Source of the DNA: Okamejei kenojei
Lineage: Eukaryota
Reading direction: 5' to 3'
DNA: 64,000 bases
Assembly: GCA_035221665.1 (NCBI GenBank)
Contig: CM069163.1
Span: 21,638,001 to 21,702,000, forward strand
Under the pieces are notes generated by a model. It ran no database searches. It was given only the letters and a program-made list of their open reading frames with translations, and was not told where the DNA came from. Numbering within the stretch: the stretch's first letter is position 1; each line of letters opens with the position of its first letter. Positions 55,525 through 64,000 of this stretch are shown here, piece by piece. A program made the translations under genes and the position numbers.

Positions 55525-58016
55525 CTTGGAGAGGAATTCGTCACAATGCATCTATGTTTAAAATGATGCAACAGTGAGGAGTATTTATTTGAAGTCGGCA
55601 ACTAAAAGGACACTCTTTGCAGTCGTTCATTGGTACAGAAATTGTAGTTGCTAAGTGAAATCATCAGGTTAGTGCGACCCTCCACAGCTGATTGGTTTAA
55701 CGCTGTCTCTTTTATTGATCAAGGTAAAATTCCACAGATTTAAAATTGTTATTTTCAAGTTCCTACTTTGCTCATTTTCTCTACCTCCTTGCAGCCCTGT
55801 AAACATCTGATATGTCTGTACTCTGATAATAGGTACATCTTCAATTTTAATCAATTGACTCATTAATGGCCCTGCATTTAGCTGTGTAGTTTCCAAACTG
55901 GAGTTCCTTCCCTCTCCATGAAGAAATTCCTTAAAACCACCTCGAGTGTCGAGTGATTAATTGTCATATGTACTGGCAACTGACAAATTAATTTCTTACC
56001 TGCAGCTTAAAAAGCCCATTAGTACAACACACAAATAAATATATAATAATCAATAAATTAATAACAGTAGTAGGTAACCAAAAGTGCAAAACAGATGTCC
56101 ATAGTGCACCATTTGAAGTGGTCAGCTAGAACTAATAGTAACTTTACACTGTGACTGAGACTGGTGCAAAACAGTGCTGGAATGACTCAGCAGGCCGGGC
56201 AGCATCTGTGGATGGAATGTGAGCAATGTACAACATATTGGGAACCTAATAGTTTGGAGACTTTTCTTTATCTCGGAAGTTCACTAAAGTGCAGAGCAGA
56301 GCAAAATGTAAAGTTGAAAGTGAATAAACTGAGTTAGAATCTTAAATATTATAAATAGCCACAGGAAAGAAGTTCAATGATAATGATAGGTGATAGTCAT
56401 GTCAAGAGCAAGTCTCATTTGAAATAAGTAGCTGCAGTTCGACGAAATTAGATTCAGAACTGGTGAACTGGAATCTGAACTTTGCGGTACTGCAATGTAT
56501 CAGAGGGGAAGAAAATTCATTGAGCAACTCTTGCAGGTTATGTATTGTAGATTCTGATTATTGTAGATTTGGTCAATGAACAGGATCAGAACGTTTGACT
56601 ATGGGTGAAGAAATTATGAGGAACCAGATGGCAACAGTAGAACCATGTCTCCCCAGAGCAGTTACAAACAATCTGCTGGAGGAAATCAGCAGCTCAAGTA
56701 CCATCTGTGGATCGAAAGGAAATGGTGAAATGTTTCGGTTTAAAACCCTGCACCGGGAACTTTGACCATTTCCTTTCCATCCACAGATGTTGCTCGACCT
56801 GCTGAGTTCCTCCGGCAGATTGTTTTGTTGCTCCAGATTACAGCATCTGCAGTCTCTTGTGAGTTCGAGTTGTTTGTCACTCAAACTTACTGTGAAATTC
56901 TATCATGTTATGATTGTTATTCCCCAGAGAATATTTATACTTATCCCATAGATAAGTATAAATCTATGTATACTTGTAGCAGTTTGCGTGAACAAGGATT
57001 AGCAAAATGACCACGGTATCACGATACTGAGAAAAGCAACTCAATTTTGTCAACACAATTTTGTTGAAGAGAAATTATATTTGACCAAATTGTTTTACTT
57101 CTTTGTCAGCAAAGAGGAACCAATTTAAATGCACTTGAATTTCCAAAAGTCATTAGATAATGTGCCAAGTTAAAGATTATCACAGAAAATAAAAGTTTAT
57201 AGAATAGGAAGTAATGTTATCGTGAATAGTTAATAGGAATCTAGGCACAAATGGATCATCTTCTGGCATGCTGCCTAGATTGATGCTGGGGCTTCACATG
57301 TTGTTTGCTATTTATACGAATGACTTGGCGAAGGCGTGGAGTGATTACTAAATATGCTGATGATAGAAAGAAGTTAGTTGTGAAGAGGGATAAGAGTGAT
57401 TTAGGAGCATGGATCATTTAAAGAGAAATATGGTAGGCATGAAGAATAATATTCTGATAAAACTGGATAGAGAAGCAAAAGAACAAAAAAACATAGAATA
57501 ACCTCAGCAGATCAAGCAGCATCTCTGGGGAACATGGATAGGTGATGTTTCAGGTCGAGACCCTGAGTGTCATTGTGTCTCCGTGTGGAAACGGCCCCTT
57601 CGGCTGAACGTGCCTACGCCACATGTCCCATCTACGCTAGTCCCACCTGCCTGCAGTTGGCCCATATCCCTCTAAACATGTACCTGTCTAAATGTTTCTT
57701 AAATGTTGTGATAGTCCCTGCCTCAACTACCTCCTCCGGCAGCTCATTCTATAATCCATATACAATTCTTAAGGGAGTGGACAGGTTAGATGCAGTAAAA
57801 CATTTTCCTGATATTGGGGAACCCAGAACCATGAGTCACAGTTTAACAGTGGGTAGGCCATTTAGGAATGAGATGAGGAAAAAAAAAAATTAACCAGAGA
57901 GTTGTGAATCTGTGGAATTCTCTGCACAGAAGACAGTGGAGGCCAATTCACTGGATGCTTTCAAGAGAGAGTTAGATTTAGCTCTTCTGGCTAAAGGAAT
58001 CAAGGGATATGGGGGG

Positions 58017-59427
58017 TGTAAATAAGCAATTCACAAACTCTTAAAGTGTGCAACATCTTTTAATAATAGCACAGGGTATTACATACATCATCAAGCACTG
58101 GCTACATTCTTCTACTGAACTGTACCCAGGGAGGGGAAGGTGTTATGATTGATGTTGACTAGGCGGGGTTAATGGTACTGAGGTAACAATATTATTGGTT
58201 GCATATATAAACCATCTACATCCTTCCCCTTAGAAAATCAAAATGTTCGGCCGTGAGTCGTAACAGCCATCAGATTGCTTCAGCATGTTTAGAATGGGGC
58301 TGGAAATCTGTACCTGTCTCCCACGGGAACGAAAGGAACGACAGGCGGCAGAGAAATGATTCCGTTTTTTACAAAAGTTACAGGCCTTGCCATAGGCGGG
58401 GCATGTCGACAGTCTGTGGTGCATGTAGTTACAGTTTGGGCACTTTTTTAGGGGCACTTCACCAGGACCAGGGTTGGCACGCGGCAGAAAAGCACTGTTT
58501 TCCATCCGAGGCTGTGGTCTCCTAAACCCAGCCAGGTTGACAGATTTATTGCCCGAGTCCCGGTGGTCATCTGGCAATACAACGACCTCAGACAATCTGC
58601 AGGCATGCATGGCTTTTTCAAACGTTAGATCCGGATCCCTTAGAAGCTCACATCGTAGCTTCTGGTCATGCATGCCAGTTACTAAAATGTCTCTAGTGAG
58701 CTGGTCTGTCATGTCACCAAAACGGCACCACTGGGCGAGATAACGCAAATTAGCAATAAAACATTCAACGGGTTCATCCGACAACTGTCTCCTTGTAAAG
58801 AACCGTGCCCTCTCTAGAATGCGGTTCGAGGGCAGGTCACAAATCTCCCTGACCTTATGTAGCAGGCAAGCATGTTCACTGGCAGATTCTGCAGGAGTAG
58901 TCACCACGTTGTTGTCGTCCAGGACCGCTGGAGCGTAGGTGAAAGTTCTGGCTCTCTTCATGGCATCGGGTCCAACAAGGTTGAGTAGGAGGGAGGCTTT
59001 AAGGGAGTCAGGATCAGCGCGGTGTGCGATGTTGACAAAGTGGGTGAAATCAAATTCAAACGTGGCCCAGCGCTCAGAGATGTCAGCATCAAAGACAAGC
59101 TGCGCGGGCTTTCTGCAAGAGGACGCCATGGTCAGAGAGATTAAGCACAAAAGGGCACAAATCAAAAAAAAGAAATAAAACCCGATAGACAGGAGACGCA
59201 AGTATCTTCCAGCTTCGACACCATGTACATAAGCAATTCACAAACTCTTAAAGTGTGCAACATCTTTTAATGATAGCACAGGGTATTACATACATCATCA
59301 AGCACTGGCTTCATCCTTCTACTGAACTGTACCCAGGGAGGGGAAGGCGTTATGATTGATGTTGACTAGGCGGGGTTAATGGTACTGAGGTAACTATATT
59401 ATTGGTTGCATATATAAACCATCTACA
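58017..59427 (-). mobile_element. Complete 1.41-kb gag-only Gypsy/Mag LTR retrotransposon
   Basis: 204-bp LTRs (58017-58220, 59224-59427, TG..CA, 6 mismatches by eye), PBS TGGTGTCGAAG, PPT AGGGGAAGGA, inserted in a G run (TSD of G's). Confidence 0.93.
58230..59129 (-). CDS. Gag protein (299 aa) with two Cys/His zinc knuckles
   Basis: Uninterrupted ORF MASSCRKPAQLVFD...ERARFFTRRQ..E.VE.FI..LR.LA..C.FG...RD..V.G..D..LR..LL...LT; CPNCNYMH..C and CNFCKKRNHFSAAC. Confidence 0.9.
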   Translation of the reverse strand: MASSCRKPAQLVFDADISERWATFEFDFTHFVNIAHRADPDSLKASLLLNLVGPDAMKRARTFTYAPAVLDDNNVVTTPAESASEHACLLHKVREICDLPSNRILERARFFTRRQLSDEPVECFIANLRYLAQWCRFGDMTDQLTRDILVTGMHDQKLRCELLRDPDLTFEKAMHACRLSEVVVLPDDHRDSGNKSVNLAGFRRPQPRMENSAFLPRANPGPGEVPLKKCPNCNYMHHRLSTCPAYGKACNFCKKRNHFSAACRSFRSRGRQVQISSPILNMLKQSDGCYDSRPNILIF

Positions 59428-60033
59428 GGGGGGAAAGCAGGAATAGGGTATTGATTTTGGATGATCAGCCATGATCATATTGACTGGTGGTGCTGGTTCG
59501 AAGGGCCGAATGGCCTACTCCTGCACCTATTTTTCCATGTTTCTACCGACCACCCTTTGTGTGAAAAAGTTACCCATCAGGTTCCTATTAGATCTAACGC
59601 CCCCCCCCCCCCCCCCACACACCTTAAACCTATGTCCTCTGGTTCTCGATTCCCCTACTCTGGGCAAGAGGCTCTGTGCATCCACCCGATCTATTCCTCT
59701 CATGATGTTATACACCTCAATATGATCACCCCTTATCCTCCTGCGCTCCAAGGAATATAGTCCTTCTTATCTTCAAAGCGTGGAAGGAGGAGGCATTAAA
59801 ACAAAATTGTAGCATATGCAGATCCTTATGCCAACAGGTTTTGGAACTTTGATTTCAATCCCTGCTAACACACAGTAATGTAGAGCAGAGGTGGGGGAGG
59901 CTGTGCCATGAATATGAGCTGCATTCCAGGGGCTGAGCCACGTCACCAGCTGCTCGCTGCCATTACCACAGTCCCCCAGCAGCGGGCGCTGCGGGACGCG
60001 CATGCGCTCTGTCCGGCTGCGCTGCCTCCTCAC

Positions 60034-60532
60034 CAAAGATCCGAGAGCAAGGAATGATAAAATAAAACATTAAAAAGAAAATTACTAGAGTCAAATTTTA
60101 TAAACAATTTATTCTTTAACAAGAATTAACAGAATTATGAAGTAACACAATTATGAATCTAACCCATATCACACACACTAAATACCACAGAAGGTAGTTG
60201 AGGCCAGTTCGTTGTCTATATTTAAGAGGGAGTTAGATGTGGCCCTTGTGGCTGAAGGGATCAGGGGGTATGGAGAGAAGGCAGGTACGGGATACTGAGT
60301 TGGATGATCAGCCGTGGTCATATTGAACGGCGGTGCAGGCTGCAAAGGGCCGAATGGCCTCCTCCTGCACCCATTGTCTCCCCCGCAACGCTGATTACAC
60401 TGCGAGTCGGGTAGGTTCTGGTTACTGAAATGGACGGGGAAAAAAAGCCCACGTTCCGCTCCCTTCCGTACTGCACGTCAGCCCATCGCATTTCGCAGGA
60501 GCGGCCTATCTTGCTCCGCTATAGGATCTGTG
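60034..60532. mobile_element. hAT MITE (family of 33179-33564) carrying a CR1 3' fragment (about 60185-60378)
   Basis: caaagatcc...ggatctgtg ends; right arm matches 33425-33564; flanks CTCCTCAC/GTCCTCAC (7 of 8 TSD match). Confidence 0.75.
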
Positions 60533-60637
60533 GTCCTCACCGTCTCCGGCGGTGGTGGGTGAAGGATTGGCAGAGCGGGCGAGCCGGTAATGAAAGGACA
60601 GCCTGGGTGTTTGTATACCGGCCCGCCGGCGGGCAGC

Positions 60638-60800
60638 ACGCCGGGAGGGTGCGTGACGCGGGACGCCGGGAGGGTGCGTGACGCGGGACGCCGGGAGGGT
60701 GCGTGACGCGGGACGCCGGGAGGGTGCGTGACGCGGGACGCCGGGAGGGTGCGTGACGCGTGACGCGTGACGCGGGCTGGGACTGACTGACTGACTGACT
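60638..60800. repeat. 25-bp minisatellite x 5, then (TGACGCG)n and (GACT)5
   Basis: Unit acgccgggagggtgcgtgacgcggg starts at 60638, 60663, 60688, 60713 and 60738. Confidence 0.92.
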
Positions 60801-60878
60801 GGGAGCTGCCGGGCGGACCCACGTGACCCACCCGCCCGCCCACCGGACGTTGACGACTCGCCGCGCGAGGTGGTGACC

Positions 60879-60881
60879 ATG
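60879..60881 (+). CDS. DPM2: ATG-only first coding exon, probably DPM2
   Basis: gtgaccATG|gtgagt (Kozak context plus perfect donor) inside the CpG island; human DPM2 lies downstream of FAM102A on the same strand and its first intron follows codon 1; exon 2 was not found in the window. Confidence 0.5.
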
Positions 60882-61214
60882 GTGAGTGAGAGGCGCCCAG
60901 ACCGCCGGCGGCGGCGGCCCCAGCATCCCCGCTCCACGCCCGCCCGGCCCCAGCATCCCCGCTCCACGCCCGCCCGGCCCCAACCTACCCCCCCCCCCCG
61001 GCCTGCCTGCCTCCCACAGTGATTTACTCAGTCTGATTCCGATCGGAGCAAGCGTCGACGTGGAAGAAGTGTCCGTCCGTCTCTCAGCCCGCCAGGCAGG
61101 CCCCGTCCCTTTCACACCTCACATGCTTTGTACCCATCCGTATCCCCAGTCTCTCGCTTTCCCCTGACCCTCGGTCTGAAGAAGGGTCTCGATCCGAAGA
61201 GCCACCCATTCCTT

Positions 61215-62834
61215 CTGGACGACCACAATATGTCAGGCTACAGATTGGGTCTCGGACATGGTAGTGAGCGACAGACACACGGGCCCCACAAGGATTGATC
61301 TGTAGTTTTTGCAACTTACCCATCCATATCTCAAGTCTCCCTTTTCCCTGAATCGCAGTCTGAAGAAGGGTCTCGACCTGAAACATCACCCATTCCTTCT
61401 CTCCAGAGATGCTGCCTGTCCCGCTGAGTCACCCCAGCATTTTGTGTCTACGCTTTAAACCAACATTTGCAATTCCTTCCTCCACGGTCCCCCCCCCCCC
61501 CCCCCGGGCTCGGTCCACACCCTACACCACAACGAAGATAAACACAAAATGCTGGAGTAACTCAGCTGGACAGGCAGCATCTCTGGGGAGAAGGAATGCG
61601 TGATGTTTCAGGTCGAGACCCTTCTTCAGACTGAGAGTCGGGGAAAGGGAGACTTGAGATATGGAAGAGTAAGATGCAAAAACTACAGATCAAACCTTGT
61701 GGGGCCCGTGTGTCGCCCACTACCATGTCCGAGACACAATTCTGTAGCTTGACATATTGTGGTCGTCCAGTCAAATAGTTACTGATCCAGGACACCAATG
61801 GAACATCCAGCCACATCTTCATCGGTTTGCTCCCGAGCAGTGCAGGCCGGATGGTGTTACAAGCACTAGAGAAGTAAAAAAAAGCATTACTCTCACAGTG
61901 CTTCCCAGCTTATCCCGGTGAGCATAGGAACGGTGGAGCAGGTCGATGATGGCACCCTCAACCCCCACCTTTGTTTGGTAAGCGAACTGCAGGGGGTCCA
62001 GATCTGGTTTATTGCACAATATTATTTGCGCCACCAGTCTGTAGTCATTGGAAGAGCTCAGCTTTCCTCATCTGCTCAGCCTAGATGGTCAGGTGCGACA
62101 AAGAAAGGGCTTCATTTCCATCTATACTTCCGTCCACACTAAAATGGTCGGATGAGCTTTCACTTTCTCCTTTAACATGGGTTAATCCAGCTTCTTTCCA
62201 AGATTACCCTCATTTGTGTAACTAAGCTAATTTTTACATTCAACAGCTTCTTCAATTCAATGAGGAAAGCTGAGCAGACTCTGCCCAGGTAAAGCCACGG
62301 GTCCCGATGGTGTCAGCCCTAGGATAATCAAGGCGTGTGCCCGCCAGTTGTGTGGAGTACTCCAGCATATCTTCATCCTGAGCCTGGAGAGGGTTCCTGT
62401 GATGTGGAAGACATCCTGCCTGGTTCCTGTACTAAAGAGGGCATGTCCCAGCTCTTCCAATGACTACAGACTGGTGGCGCTGACTTCACACATCATGAAG
62501 TCACTGGAGGGGCTGGTGCTCACTTACCTACAACCCCTGGTTAAACCAGATCTGGACCCCCTGCAGTTCGCTTACCAAACAAAGGTGGGGGTTGAGGGTG
62601 CCATCATCGACCTGCTCCACCGTTCCTATGCTCACCGGGATAAGCTGGGAAGCACTGTGAGAGTAATGCTTTTTTTTACTTCTCTAGTGCTTTTAACATC
62701 ATCCGGCCTGCACTGCTCGGAAGCAAACCGATGAAGATGTGGCTGGATGTTCCATTGGTGTCCTGGATCAGTAACTATTTGACTGGTCGACCACAATATG
62801 TCAAGTTACAGAATTCAGAATTCTTTCTTGAATA
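61215..62834. mobile_element. Rearranged Rex1/Babar LINE RT fragments and Penelope-type repeats
   Basis: GPDGVSPRIIKAC..WKTSCLVPV.K..NDYRLVALTSHIMK..LDPLQFAYQ (62262-62815, +) and an inverted copy (61737-62010). Confidence 0.8.
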
Positions 62835-62959
62835 CAGCTTCTTTCCAAGATTACCCTCATTTGTGTAACTAAGCTAATTTTTACATTCAACAGCTTCTTC
62901 AATTCAATACTTTTCTGTGTATCAAAGGTGTAGCAGTGTGAATCTGCTTGGTCCGTAGA

Positions 62960-63950
62960 TAGATGGATCTTAGATGCAGCAAAGAAACGGCCCTTCCCCA
63001 CCGTTGTCCTTGCCAATCATCAAGCACCCATTGTTACGCTAATCCCATTTTACTTTCCCCACGTTCCCATTAAAGACCCTGTCTCACTTGTGAGTCCTTG
63101 GCTCGCAAATTACGCGGACCTCGTCATCGCATTGAGGCGCACGGGTACTGAGAAGCGCGAAGGGGTATGGAGTTGTGCACGGTATCGCGCGGCACTCCGA
63201 AATTTTGTAGCGAACAAAATCTTTGCGTGCCACCGGCCTGTTGCTAAACTTTCGGCCAAAGTGGCACAGGCCCAAGACCCTGGTGTGACGCAACGTCTCA
63301 CCTCCAACAACAGCAGAAGCAGGCAAACGATCGCCGAGCTCGGCCTGGGGCTCACGGCCGTTGCGGTCCGGATCCACCCCCACTTCTACTCCCAGAGCGC
63401 GGCCAAGAAAATTGAAGATAGACACAAAATGCAGGAGTAACTCAGCGGGAACGGCAGCATCTCTGGAGAGAAGGAATGGATGACGTTTCGGGTCAAGACC
63501 CTTCTTTCAGACTGAAGAAGGGTCTCGACCCTAAACACCATCTATTGCTTCTCTCCAGAGATGCTGCCGGTCCTGCTGAGTTACTCCAGCATTGTGTGTA
63601 CATCTTCAAATGGCGTCACATGCTCCAGACGGCTGTGCGGACGCATGAAGTCGCGCACGGCCTTCGCGGGACCGTCGGCCTCAACGCGACCACGAGGTCG
63701 AGTAATTAGCGTGCCTAGGACACGTTAGTGGGACAGGGGCATAACTCTCCACAGATTCTAGCACAAGCCAGGGGCAATTTGATGGGCAATTAACTTAGCA
63801 ACCCATTTGGGATGTAAGAAAAATTGAGACACTCAAAAGAAATCCATGAAGTACGGGGAAAATGTGCAAATTCCACACACAGAGCTCCAGAGGTCAGGAT
63901 TGAGTTTGTGTTATTCATGCTGTGAGGTAGCAATTCTACTTCCTGCACCA
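62960..63950 (-). mobile_element. Old HE1-like SINE interrupted by a Harbinger MITE
   Basis: SINE tail at 62960-63070 and body/head at 63745-63950. Confidence 0.6.
63074..63741. mobile_element. PIF/Harbinger MITE containing a palindromic Penelope-type repeat (63411-63608)
   Basis: TAA|agaccctgtctcact ... agtgggacaggggca|TAA; TIR related to the 16704-17492 element. Confidence 0.75.
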
Positions 63951-64000
63951 TTATTTTAAAATGTGACTATTCAATTACGATAGCCACACTTAACACTGTG

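Larger units (their letters stand above)
57585..59760. mobile_element. Nested CR1 fragments: - strand CR1 (57585-57755 and 59547-59760) containing a + strand CR1 3' end (57757-58016 and 59428-59540)
   Basis: Both fragments read continuously when their inserts are removed. Confidence 0.7.
59930..61100. promoter_or_regulatory. CpG island, probable bidirectional promoter
   Basis: High GC and CpG content; NRF1-type GCGCATGCGC at 59998-60007; E-box CACGTGAC near 60820; several TGACG motifs. Confidence 0.7.

Noticed and set aside
58230-59201. 323-aa ORF as a domesticated Gag gene (Arc/PEG10-like) with a signal peptide
   Set aside because: The hydrophobic N-terminus comes from a non-ATG start in the T-rich leader; about 97% identical LTRs, PBS and PPT indicate a recent transposon
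60638-60775. CRISPR-like array or repetitive Pro/Arg-rich proteins (ORFs 60478-61115)
   Set aside because: Head-to-tail minisatellite without spacers in a eukaryotic CpG island; the ORFs result from GC richness

Overview
Eukaryotic vertebrate genomic DNA, most likely from a cartilaginous fish (skate/ray-type repeats: HE1-like V-SINEs, CR1 3' ends, Penelope-type short repeats; the species is an inference). The + strand carries coding exons 2-11 of EEIG1/FAM102A (12361-43075; exon 1 lies upstream of the window), followed by a long putative 3' UTR. Tail-to-tail with it on the - strand is a three-coding-exon gene (55524-52946, 264 aa) for a type I membrane protein of CD-M6PR/ATG27-like architecture that is not M6PR itself. 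A CpG island at about 59.9-61.1 kb contains an NRF1 motif, a 25-bp VNTR and an ATG-only first exon that probably belongs to DPM2 (inferred from synteny and exon structure). Mobile DNA includes a 1.4-kb gag-only Gypsy/Mag LTR element with an intact ORF, a related miniature LTR element at the left edge, a dead Tc1, Harbinger and hAT MITEs, LINE fragments, and more than 15 copies of a short repeat carrying a minimal hammerhead-ribozyme-like core. All family assignments are from recall and by-eye comparison; no database searches were run.
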